Source: Rhina ancylostomus
Taxonomy: Eukaryota
Assembly (NCBI GenBank): GCA_030265395.1
Contig: JARFYF010000119.1
Span: 50,257,903 to 50,321,902, forward strand
Length of the DNA stretch: 64,000 nucleotides
Direction: 5' to 3'
A program made the position numbers and the translations under genes. The notes under the pieces are model-generated. The model saw only the letters and a list, made by a program, of their open reading frames with translations, did not search any database and was not told the origin of the DNA. Below are positions 10,540 through 21,750 of the stretch, one piece after another. Each line of letters begins with the position of its first letter. Positions within the stretch are counted from its first letter, which is position 1.

Positions 10540-10620
10540 AAGATAAGATACTTATAAGTTATTTATTTATTAGTCACACGTACATCGAAACACACAATGA
10601 ATTACATCTTTTTGCATTGC
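10537..10620 (-). mobile_element. 3' tail of the Rex1-tailed V-SINE
   Basis: GATAAGATAAGAT...TTTATTAGTCACACGTACATCGAAACACACA; same tail type as 41457 and 50024. Confidence 0.85.
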
Positions 10621-10819
10621 TAAGATGGGAGAGCGAGCAAGCAAGCACAGGAAGATCAGCTGCTAGCTGGTCTCACTGACCCAGTGAGTGAATGAGTCTT
10701 CTCAGCTCAATTCAGCCTCCTCGGTCCGACACAGCCTCTGATTCTTGCCTCTCAGGGGAGGTGGGGGTGGTGGTGGGAGAGAAGGCACATGAAAATGCCT
10801 GGGACACAAAACATTCTGC

Positions 10820-10928
10820 CAATGCTGGAATCTGGAGCAATACACGAAAAGTGCTGGCGGAACTCAGCGGGTCAGGCAACATCTATGGAGGGAAATAAAC
10901 ATTCGATGTTTCGGGCCGAGACCCTGTT
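10820..10928 (-). mobile_element. Penelope-type terminal repeat (partial hammerhead-like core)
   Basis: Reverse complement AGGGTCTCGGCCC-GAAACATCGAATGTTT-ATTTCCCTCCATAGATGTTGCCTGACCCGCTGAGTTCC. Confidence 0.7.
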
Positions 10929-11129
10929 CCCACCTGGTGAAAGATGCCTGCAGCCCCACAACAGCCAAAAAATCCAACCCTATCCATCCTGCCAGTTTCC
11001 CAAACACTTACTTGTATGTACAGGATGTCCATAAGTTGGAGACTTACAATCTGGGGAAGACCTGTCCATTCTCTCAGGCTTCCTGAATATTTACTATACC
11101 TGAATATTGAACTTTTGCAAATCCTGCTC

Positions 11130-11330
11130 TAGGGCACCCAGATTTCTCTGCCTTTAAAAGCTCTGCAATGTTTCACTGTTTAGATCATATACTTTGTTTT
11201 TAGTTTTTTTCTGCAAAATGGACAACTTCATATTCTCCTACATTACATTTCATTTTTCCAGATCTTTTCCCACTCACTTAATCTACCTATGTCTCTTAGT
11301 TACCTCCTTATGCCCTCTTCATAATTTACT
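11130..11330 (-). mobile_element. Old CR1 LINE RT fragment
   Basis: Reverse complement is a diverged DRLSEWxKIWKMKCNVGEYEVVHF segment. Confidence 0.6.
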
Positions 11331-12094
11331 TTAAGACATAGCTTTGCCTAACCTCTTCTTTCTTGGTAGTTAATCACTGATGATGATAACAATATTGTCA
11401 CAAATTTCATCCATTGCAAGGATGAGGAACAAATGCTGAGGTACAGCATTGGCTGTGCTGGGGTCGAAGGAAGCCTCGACCCATGACTATGAGGTGTTTT
11501 GAGATAATTTTGTTGACCTTGTTTAATTCTTATAATCTTGTCAAGCTCTTGCCGGAGAGTATGCTCAGCTTGAGAGTTTTGGGTTGGTGACAGACTGTTT
11601 TACAGGTTCTCTCTCTGGCATTTGTATGGATGACTGTTTTTAGAGTCAGAAAGTCAAAGAGCTTTTAAACGGGTCCCACAACCCATTAATTCTATTGCCA
11701 CCATCACATTTCCAGAACATCAAAACTAGGTAGTAAAGATGTGGCCAATAGTGGTGAGAAAGGTATGAAGAACAATGAGAGTTGGAGGAGTGGAGGGTTG
11801 TATTTACAGCAGATTTATTCCTTAAAGTATTGTGCCCAATGGTGCTGATGGCTCAGCAGAATTCCTGTGCAGAGCCTTCGTCTAGCTGTAGCAGGCATGT
11901 CCACACAGCTCAGACTTCCATGTTTATGGAACATGCAGAAGATCGTTGTAGGTGCATCTGACATGTTTGATAATGTCCTAAGCTGAGAGGCCAGATACAT
12001 CTTGTGCTTGATTCCTTAGCCTTGGCTAGGACATTTAGTATGGTCCCACTCATTTGAAAGAAGCCACCAGCATTCCCCAAATGCTTTGACAGTT

Positions 12095-12260
12095 GAAAAT
12101 GCTGGAAGAGCTCAGCAGGTTGGACAGAATTTGTAGAAAGAGAAACAGTTAATGTTTCAGGTCTGGGACCCTTATTAGAACTGAGAAGGAAAGAACAAGT
12201 TAGTCTAGTAGCAGAGGAGTTAAGGGCCCTGGGAGGAACAATGGGAATTTCTCTGATAGG
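12095..12260 (-). mobile_element. Penelope-type terminal repeat
   Basis: Reverse complement CTAATAA-GGGTC-CCA-GACCT-GAAACATTAACTGTTTC...CCTGCTGAGCTCTTCCAGCATTTT. Confidence 0.65.
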
Positions 12261-12338
12261 GTGAAATAATTTTGTAGCAAAGGGTTAAATAATGTTGAAT
12301 TCTGGCAAACTGATTTCCATCTTGAGAAAGTCAAAGGT

Positions 12339-12490
12339 CAGCTCTCAGATACCTCCTCATATCTCCCTCTGGACATGAGCCCAACATCAAGCATCAGGCC
12401 ACTGTCTCCCTTATTTCCTCAGGAGAGCTTCCCTCCATAGCTTCCAACCTCGTAGTTCCCCATCCTCATTCTGTCTGCTTCTATCTCTTG
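12339..12490 (+). pseudogene. Penelope-like element RT N-terminal fragment
   Basis: Frameshifted translation QLSDTSSYLPLD / EPNIKHQATVS / SSGELPSIASNLVVPHPHSVCFYLL resembles the segment preceding the PLE RT motif FYxLPKIHK. Confidence 0.7.
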
Positions 12491-14334
12491 TTAAAAATCT
12501 ATAAGCAGTACTGCCCAGACAGACCCATTGTTTCAGCACAGCCTTGTCGGCTGAAGGGCCTGAAGTGTGCTTTAGTTTTTTTATGTTTCTAAGATAAATG
12601 GTTTGTATTGTTTTTTCATTTTTCAATTAATAGGAATATTTTAAATTTATTTCTATAACTCAATTACATTTTAAGTAAAATTATCATTTTTTATATTTTG
12701 TATTAATAATTTTTAATTCATAATATTATTTAAATGTTTTTCCACTGCTGCTAACAGTCTGATAATCAGAGACATACAGAAGTAGTGAAAAGACCTCTGA
12801 CAACGGTCTCAAAGCAATCAGGCAGTCCGTGTGCACAACCTGGCTTCTGCCTCCTGAGATCTAGTCACAGCTGGTGGTCTGCACCTCTTTGAGAATGGGC
12901 ACAGAGATTAATGGCGCACAGAGGATGTTAGGCAGCTACAAAAGGTAAGTGTGACTGAAGGGCTAGCTCAGGGAGCAAATGTAAATGTGAGCCAGTCGAA
13001 CAAGATCTAGCTCAATTCATTTGAAAATAAGATATATTGCTGCCTGAAAAACAGTTCCATTTTCTTTTAAATTGACAAACTCAGCAGTCGTGTTCCAGCT
13101 CTTCAGAAAAAATAATGAAATTATTCATAAATGTTTAAATCTCAATCTCTGATCTTTTACACTTGATTTCCCTTTCTCCTCCCCTTGCATTTAATCCTTT
13201 ATTTTGTGTTGTGTGCCCTTCGTCTTCCTACTTCCTCATTTAGATTAAAAAAATAATGATTAACAGTAGTGGCTACCTTTTAATGAAACAAAAATCAATT
13301 TAATTGAGTCTACAGGGAATTTAGATTCACTCTGAAGAGATAATATTTTCCATTCATAATTCCAACATATATCAGAATTAGACTCACTTATTTGGAGTAA
13401 TTGAATTTTGTTTCTTATTTTATTTGTTGAAGATTATGTTCTACTTTACATTATGAATATTCAAAACCAACTATGAACAAAATAGTGAGCAGAGGGCTAA
13501 TATATACATGTACAAAACATTTTCCACTAATAATAGTTGCATTAATTTCCAGACAATGGTGTCTGCACTGGAATGCGATGATGGAATTTCATTACTGGGT
13601 GCTTAATTATATGCTGCAATAGCACAAGGCATATTTATAACAGACATTTGCACTGTAAGGGGAGACTTTCCTAAGGAGCTACATCAGCAGAGCATTGCAA
13701 ATTCAGCAGGATGGGTAAGTCAGGGAATGAATCAGCAGGTTGTTTTCCATGCATGGACTCCAACTTGTTGGATTTCCAAAAGTCGCTGCACACGTCAATC
13801 AAGTGTGTTTTGCTATAAGTCGGAAAACAGTCTCCTCGGCAGCCTTCTAAATTTCTAGTGATTTATATTGCATTGTGTGAACTCCGGCTGTAAATTAGAT
13901 AGAACGTTTCTTCTAATGGATGTTTTTCTCTGTTATCCCACAACACGCAACAACTTTGTCATTTTCTTTCTTCTCTTTACAGCACTAATAACATGACCCG
14001 AAGGGCAGTGCCAGTTTTATTACATTGGAAACATTCAGGTATTCCTCTTCAGTGAGCCACGTGAGTGAGTGTTTGTGGACCAGAGCTGCGGTTCAAACTA
14101 TCCTCCCATAATAAACATATTGGTATTGGTCTTAAAGAGGTGTGATGGGGTTGTGGATAGTATTAAAACAGTGCAAGTGGAAAGATCTGAAGATGCAAAT
14201 GTCTTGTTGACCGTAGCTACAGGGTCTTAATTACCTAACTGGACCTGGTCTCGTAGCTCAAATCCAAAACCAACCACAACCTGGTCAGTGAGCTGGAGGC
14301 TTTATCTGGACACCCAACTTAAGTCTCAAATACA

Positions 14335-14670
14335 GTGGTAGTATGACAGTTAAATTACCAACTAATAATCTAGAGACCTGGAATAAAAATCCAGAGACCA
14401 GAGCTTAAATCTTACCAGGGCAGCTGTGAAATTTAAATTGTTGAATAATCTTGAATTAGGAAGAGAGGGTTTTTCAATCTCAGTAATAATTACCATGAAA
14501 ACTTCTGGATTGTTCAAAAATTCCATCTGGTTCATTACTGGGGAAGGAAATCCACTTCTTTACCTAGTTTGGTCAACATGTGAATTCAGAGCCATAGCAA
14601 TAAAATTGACTCTTACCTGCCTTCTGATCAGAGACAGCAAGACCAATTAAAAATTAATAATTGCCATTCA
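14335..14670 (+). mobile_element. Old tRNA-derived elasmobranch SINE
   Basis: AATCCAGAGACC...GGCAGCTGTGAAATTTAAATT...CCATCTGGTTCA...GGGAAGGAAATC...TTGACTCTTACCTGCC: a decayed copy of a SINE pattern common in sharks and rays. Confidence 0.6.
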
Positions 14671-16577
14671 TATCGGTAAGAGAACAAAAACTGTGTATTT
14701 CATACAGAACTTCAAATAATATTTATTTTAGACAACATTAAGAAAAAAAATTAAATATTGTGCACAAATTTGGTAAGCTGTAAAATCTAGAGTTTATTTT
14801 ACAAGTGAGGAAGACCTGATACCTCATGTAAAGGAGTAAGTGAAAAAAAAGCTAATGAGAAAATTTGCTTTGACGTGGCTTATAGATAGCCTTGGTACTT
14901 AAGCTGAGTTCTAAAGTTAATTCCTATTATACCCAGTGCCTTCAAAACCATTGCCTTACTTTTAACAAATGTGCATAGTTGTAGATATTGAAGTTAATCA
15001 AGAGTCATATAAAATATTTTGTAAACATAAAGTCCAAAGTGACTGCCTTCATTTCTTTCTCTTGTTGTTTGAAGGTTGCTTGTGCATACAAGAAAGTAAG
15101 GATTTTAATCCACTCTTTTAGGGAGGAATACGCTAGGCATTAAACCTTGGCCCCCTAATCCCAACAGAACTACGCTGACCATCATTTCACTATTTACTGT
15201 AATTCAATGATAATTCATTGGAAGTTCATAACTTTATGCATATGTGCAAAGAAGACAGGAACTACCAGCTAGACAATTTAGTTTGTTGCATAGTTGAGAT
15301 GCCTTAAGCAGAAATGCAGTCATGTCCCTAACATGTTATCTTACTTATTGCAAGAAAGAAAGCAAACTTATGCCATTTTATAAGAAAAGGTTTGGGAGGT
15401 TTCTCTTTGAGCCCTCCAGCAGAACCTGTCCTGTAGATTGCACTGAACCCAACTTAAATCAGGAGGCACCAGCCTCTTGTGATATGAATTATAGCAATGT
15501 GTCAGTTGAGTCTTAATTCCAAGAGTTGGGAAATTTCTATCAGAGCTATGACAAAGTCACCATCTTTCTGTTGCGAAGTCAGAAGTTATATGAGTGTCTC
15601 TCTCGATTCCCAAGTAAAATCAAGACTGGCTCTGTCTGGATTCAACCCCTACCTCTTTGAATACCCATGTGAAAACCCTTCCCTGAGATAAATGCTTATG
15701 TTAGTGCCATCGAGCATTGTTTGACACCCTGAACCTCTGCTTCCATTTTCCTTCCAACTGCTGCTTTCACCAAGTTTTAGGCAAGTGGTTGACTGGTGGA
15801 AAGTTGATGAGGCAAATGTATTTTCCATAATCTTATAGAAACATGCACATTTATGTATTTACAAAGCAAATATAAAGTGGTTAATATTCACTTGTGGTGG
15901 GGCAAAATTGCATTTGTGGTAATACCAAAGAAGCCAAGCATGAAGGTTACCCAATTTTCTTTCTTAGTTGACTTCAATACCATTTATGAAAAATGTATAA
16001 TGAGCAACTAGTTCTCCTCCAATAACAAGTTCAATGGATTTAATAATGCTGGTTGCAGGAACTACAGTTCAAGATTAGAAATTCATTTTATTTGTCTACA
16101 AGAACCAAACTTACTGGGAAGTGTTTGGAAAGCAGTGAATCTGCTGTCATAATTCTCAATGGGAAGCTGTGCCCACAGGGAGTATAAGGTGAAGGTAGAA
16201 CTTTGAAATTGTGACTTAGAAATTCCTTCACATGCTCCAAATAAAGTGTTCTGTGTGGTTAAAAATGGGCTTAACCTAGAGTAGAACAACACTCTGCCCA
16301 ATTTTGGGCAACTTAATGTCCACTGGAAAAATTAATTCATGGCTTTCAGAAAGATTTTAGTTCGCCCTAACACCTTTCTGTTTCCAGTATAAAACTGGAA
16401 TGACGTCAACAACCAAAAGTACCGAACAACCTAAATTCACTCTCAGGACACGTTTCATCTTCAATGATCTGCAAAAAAAAGCCAATTTATATATACATGC
16501 AGAACTAACAGATTATTCTAACCCTGCGTCCCCTAAGACAATGGTATATGGAGGATCAATACAACTGTATTTTTTGC

Positions 16578-16770
16578 CCTCGCTGAAATCTGTGACCTTC
16601 TGTCACCTCAGGTATGGCCTCACACTTGTCTGTGGTGGTCAAGTCATGGTCATGCTCAGCTTCCTAGCCTCAGGATCATTCCAGGCTGCTGTTCACAATC
16701 TCAGCTTTCTTGTTCACTGTTACACTCGGGAGATTACCTATATCCCATGGCAAAGGCAAAGCTAGTAAAG
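16578..16770 (+). pseudogene. Second Harbinger (HARBI1-like) transposase fragment
   Basis: LAEICDLL, then VMVMLSFLASGSFQAAV...VHCYTREIT (~KVTxALxFxASGSFQxxxGD...SQxxVHxCIREVT). Confidence 0.75.
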
Positions 16771-16874
16771 AAATTTATTTGCATTGTGAACTTTACAGGC
16801 TTTCATAGATGTCTCTCATGATCTTACCAAAGACCTCCCTGGCAACTCTTTGCCAAAAATGTGAAAATTAAAAA

Positions 16875-17020
16875 AAACTGCAGATGCTAGAAATCTAAAC
16901 CAAAAACACATTCTGACCATTCGTCAGAATGAGTCTTCAACCTGAAACATTAACTCTATTTCTCTTCCCACAGATGCAGCCTAACCCACTGAGTATTTCC
17001 AGCATTTTCTGTTTTTGTTT
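16875..17020 (+). mobile_element. Penelope-type terminal repeat with a residual hairpin
   Basis: CTGCAGATGCTAGAAATC...CATTCTGAC-CATTC-GTCAGAATG (9-bp stem)...AACCTGAAACATTAACT...CAGATGCAGCCTAACCCACTGAGTATTTCCAGCATTTTCTG. Confidence 0.65.
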
Positions 17021-17748
17021 TTGCCATAAATATCTGGCTGCAACCTTGCAGAGTTTGCATGGCCAATGCATGATGCATATGCCCCCTGTGGCCACTGATA
17101 TTCATTAGCCTAGTTGCTATGATGCACTGGAACACACTCCTACTCACCTCTCATTATTTCATTATCCATTTATTCAGTAGCATCATTCATGAGGAGCTGG
17201 AAGAGCATTGCTCATGTTGTGGATGTCTCTTTTAGAACTGGCTGCAAAAATCACACCTACTATTACTACATGCTGAAAGCTGTGAGAATTTGCAACATGC
17301 CACAGAAAGAGCCATGCTGAAATCTACCAACAAATCCAGTATAGCAATATATACAAAATTTATCGCAACTGTAATCCTTTCTTTCTATGCCACTTTTACA
17401 AACGGTTTTAGGATAATGGACAATATTGTTTAAACACTCAAAAAAATGTTAAGGATCCATTTCTAGGCTGGTCTTTTTAACATCTCAACAAAACCTGTAA
17501 GCTTCCATCAAACATTTACTTTCCTTCCTTCAGTCTCCTTCACTTCCTTCAGCAACTCCTTGTTGCAGCATTAACTTGCGCCAGAAAATATATGCTGCAT
17601 ATCCTTTAACACAGAAAATACATGTGAATCAAAAAATGTTTGTTCCAGNNNNNNNNNNNNNNNNNNNNNNNNNNNNNNNNNNNNNNNNNNNNNNNNNNNN
17701 NNNNNNNNNNNNNNNNNNNNNNNNNNNNNNNNNNNNNNNNNNNNNNNN

Positions 17749-17826
17749 TCAATATCCTGTTGTAATCTACAGCAACCTTCTACACTATCCACAACACCAC
17801 CAACCTTTGTATCATCAGCAAACTTC
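17749..17826 (-). mobile_element. HER1/CR1 RT fragment next to a gap
   Basis: Reverse complement reads KFADDTKVGGVVDSVEGCCRLQQDI. Confidence 0.9.
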
Positions 17827-17829
17827 TGG

Positions 17830-18500
17830 GAACTGAAGTGCTACAGACTAGCCAAGAAACAGCCTGATAAAGTCATCCTCACAAAATTGTACCTTGCAGA
17901 CAATATGCCAGACCATTCCACCTCAATCCCTGGGAAAGTCTTGTCCCACCAGCAGAACCAAAGTTGGTGGTTAGAGGGAATAACCCTTGGAGTCCTCAGC
18001 ATTGACTCCAAACTCTATGAAGTCTGAAAGCATCAGGCTAAACATGGGCAAGGAACTCTTCTCCTGACTAACTCCTACCATCTTCCCTCAGTCAATGAAT
18101 CAATACACCTCCATGTCCAAAAAAAACCTTTGGAAGAATCAAAGCAGCAAAGGAGCTGAATGTACTCTGGGTGGGGGACTTCAATGTCTCTCAGCAAGAG
18201 TGGCTTCTTAGCCCCATGATTGACTGAGCTAATCCAGTCCCTACCTCAATGTTCTGTGTAATACATTGACCTGTATGAATGGTATGCAAGACAAGTTCTT
18301 CACTGAATCTTGGTACATGTGACAATAATAAACCAATTCCAATGCCAGAATGGATACGCAGCAGATAGTGAATGAAGCAACAGAAGGGATAAACCTACTT
18401 GGGCTCATACTCACCAATCTAACTGCGACAGTGCACCTGGCCACAATAGCATTGGTAGAAGTGACTGCCTTGTTTGTCACTTGTGGCGCTTGCCTTGCCA
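17830..18500 (+). mobile_element. APE-endonuclease region of the older LINE family
   Basis: Pieces KKQPDKVILT, KHGQGTLL, NVLWVGDFNVSQQEWL, TEGINLLGLILTNL, IGRSD (APE GDFN and SDH-like motifs). Interrupted by a Rex1 tail. Confidence 0.75.
18241..18345 (+). mobile_element. Rex1/Babar LINE 3' tail inserted in the older LINE
   Basis: TTCACTGAATCTTGGTACATGTGACAATAATAAACCAATTCCAAT. Confidence 0.75.
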
Positions 18501-18825
18501 GTGGTGCCCAATACTGAAAATGAGTTAAAGGTAGTTACAAGGAGCAAGGATTTAGATGTGATTTACTGCCATTTATCAAATGGTCATGGAACAGGCTTCC
18601 ACCACAATGGTAGGACATGGCAGGGGAATAAATCCCCACCAGTGCCTCGGGAGAACTCTCCTGCTTCTGTTCACCTTCACATTCTGACATGGGTCAAGCC
18701 CTATTTTGGCCTCTTCTGCTGTAATCTCACTGTTGGAATCGAACAGCGTGCGACACCCCTTGACAGATTATCATTGGCCATGGTGCAGTGCCAATGGTGT
18801 CATTGAATGAGGTTTCTAAATCCAA

Positions 18826-18970
18826 GGGTGGAATAGTGGCGCAGATAATAGAGTCACTCCCTCAGAGTGCTGGTGACCTGGGTTCAATTTCAACCTTGGG
18901 AGCTGGTGCGCTAATAATTGCAGTTGGGAAAATGTCGGTAAGGTGGATGAAAATGGATTGGGATCTGGTG
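18826..18970 (+). mobile_element. Partial HE1-type SINE
   Basis: GGTGGAATAGTGGCGCAG...GACCTGGGTTCAATTTC, a tRNA-like head. Confidence 0.55.
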
Positions 18971-19179
18971 TGATACTTTCAGAGAAGTAGTTTGGATCGT
19001 CTTTGCATAAGCTCTGACGTATTGAATGGTCAGTTTGAATTATTACAGAAGGATGGTGTGAATTACTACCATCCAGGTGGAAAGAGAAAAGAGAAAAACA
19101 AATGCAAATGTCAGTTGAGGATTGAACTGTATAAGGGAGATCTGCTTTAGATATGAACAGTAATGCACTTGACCTGAAG

Positions 19180-19285
19180 TTTCCTAAATTACAAAAGTGA
19201 CTGTGCTTCAAAAGTAATTCATTGGCTTGAAAGCACACCAGGAAGATTTAAGGCAGTGAAAGATGCTTTGTAAATGTGAATCATT
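19180..19285 (+). mobile_element. Deu-type SINE 3' tail
   Basis: AGTGACTGTGCTTCAAAAGTAATTCATTGGCT...GTGAAAGATGCTTTGTAAATG. Confidence 0.65.
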
Positions 19286-20504
19286 ATTTTATCAGGGAGT
19301 ATAAGATCCACTCATGACAACATCGGCTATAACAAACAGTTGACAAACATTCAAAGCCACCATCTTGCATTTCTCACATCAGAATCTGTTAGGAGTCATT
19401 GCACTTCAATTATGCCTGGTACATCAAGGAATAAGTGGTTGTGTGCGCTAAATGGGTTATGAATAATAGCTGAGTCGAATTGAACCTCCCTTTTCCATTC
19501 TTTGTTCTGTGATCCTTGAAATGGAATTTGAAATACTGCTGACGGCATATTTATTTACAATGTGGTTCCCTGATGGGCTGTGAAACCATCTTCACTTTTT
19601 CTTACTATGGAGGATTTAAGCACATTTGCACATACTTCCAGGATTTAAGGCAAAGCCCTCTGAATAATGATGTCTTTATGATATAGACTTAATTTTAAAA
19701 CTTGACACACTGAACTATACTGAGACTGGAATTAATGCTATTACTATCACTTAACCACCTTTATAGCACTGGTGTATAACCTGTTACGTACTTCATTGTA
19801 AAACAATATGAATATAGTTACTATACTATACAATCAGGATTAATGAAAACAATAAGTTTTAAGAATCAGTGCAGAATGTCCTGAAGCAGAAAACAAAATG
19901 TAATTGAAATGTAAGTCATATTAAGAGTTCGGTAAGTTTCTATGTGTTAAGAACCATATTGTAATTATTTTTCGGGGGATTAAAAAAGATCCTTTTTGCA
20001 ATGCAGTCATACTTTTATGACACTGTAACATTTTCAAAAGGTAATCAGCTAATAATTATCAGTCTCAATCCAGATCACTTTTTCATTTCAATATCTGAAG
20101 TTCTGATTAGCTGAGAAATGTTGATTAAAAAGTATTGGCCCAGAAATTCCATCATGTAACTTTTTACAATAATGATTATTGTCAGGTCATTTCACATCAC
20201 TCAGGAAATTTGACTGGTGCTTCCCATCTGAGATGATTTCCACATCAGATGGTTTAATTCCCCATTTACCAGCATTGCTGGAGAAATTGGACCTCGTTAT
20301 TACACAGAGTAACTATCATTGGTTAGTCCCTGGATAACCATATTTTCATTGTGCCATACAGAAGGTATATTAGAAGATAAACCGCACTTACCTTCTAATC
20401 TCCAGGTTTCCCACTCTCATAGTCCCTGAATCCGAACACTCCAATCCCTCTGCAATCCCCAAATTCTCCAATCTCTAGAACCACCCTGATTTCAAAACTT
20501 CACA

Positions 20505-20712
20505 GCTGAGTTGTACAGAGACGCAGGTAGAGCTGTTGCCTCACAGGTCCAGAGACCTTGGTTCAATCCTGACCTCAGGCTGTTAGGAATGTGTGGAGAA
20601 CAAAACAGATGAATTAGTGTAGGCTTCCTGTAAGTATATGGCTGATGGTTGGTTTGGACTCACTAGGCCAAAGGACTTGTTTCCTTGCTGTATAACTCTA
20701 CAGCTCTATAAC
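20505..20712 (+). mobile_element. Internally deleted HE1-type SINE inside a C-rich tract
   Basis: GGTAGAGCTGTTGCCTCACAG...GGTTCAATCCTGACCTC head; GGCCAAAGGACTTGTTTCC...CTCTA tail. Confidence 0.7.
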
Positions 20713-21571
20713 TGCCCACTCCACAGAACTCCTTGACAAGCTTAACTCACCAATCCACGGACCCTAAACCTCACTGTCTCCTACTCCAGAATTCTCTAAT
20801 CCCAAACTAAGTCACTCTCTGGCCCATACCACTAGCTCCCAAATTAAAGGCTTGATCTCTGCCCTTCCAGATCTCCAGCCTGCCAAACTCTATCCCTAAG
20901 GGCACCATCACATGTTTATGGAGATTTGTTGGGCTCCAATACTATTGCCAGGATCCAGTGTAGCTTTTGGTGAAAATTGCACTAAAATGGCATTGGGTAA
21001 AGCACAAATGTTCCAACTCCTTTGCTTTTCAAAGCTGACACTTTAACCTTGGAACAATCGTTCTTTTAATGCCACATACTTATTTCAATCCATAAGGCAA
21101 CCCAAGACTGCTGAATACCTAGACCAGCCACTGAACACTTTGACAGTTTCAACTACCTCTTCAAAACATAGACATGATGGATTACACAATGTTTAGTCCT
21201 CTGACATTTGCAGCTTGCAACTGACATGAGTTGCAATGCAGGATAAAGATTCCTTTCTATTAGGAGTGTTTCATCTTTAAGAGCTTGAGGATGGTCAAGG
21301 GCCAATACTTGAGTAAACATGAACATGAATCTGCCTTCCACCATTTCAGTTTGATGTGTTAGACAACAAAAGTTTGGCTTGGTCATTCAGGCCACTAGAG
21401 ATAAAATTTTCTCAATCAAATATACTAAATGTGTGATCGGGTAGGTGGAAACACACTGCACTGCATTGAAGTTCCATTGAGTTCAATAGAACCAAAGTTT
21501 GGGGCCCTGCAACAAGGTGGAATCTCTGTTAAGTTGTACATTCAGGGTGTATGGACAAGAAGAAATGTGTC

Positions 21572-21750
21572 ACTAAAACAGAAAATGTTGGAAATGCTCA
21601 GCAGTTCAGGCAGCATCTGTGGAAAGAAAAACAAAGGACTGCGGATGCTGGAATCTAGATGGAAAATATTATGATGCTGGAGGAACTCAGCAGGACAGGC
21701 CGGGTTGAAGACCCGAACCTGAATATACCATGCTTCTCCAAACATTTTCA
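21572..21750 (-). mobile_element. Tandem Penelope-type terminal repeat fragments
   Basis: AAATGTTGGAAATGCTCAGCAGTTCAGGCAGCATCTGTGG and GATGCTGGAGGAACTCAGCAGGACAGG. Confidence 0.6.

Larger units (their letters stand above)
10422..11064. mobile_element. TcMar-Tigger-like non-autonomous DNA transposon with nested insertions
   Basis: Left TA|CAGGCATTCCC and right GGGAAGACCTG are imperfect inverted termini, with subterminal ATAAGTTGGA motifs near both ends. It contains a hairpin, a SINE tail and a Penelope-type repeat. Confidence 0.6.
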
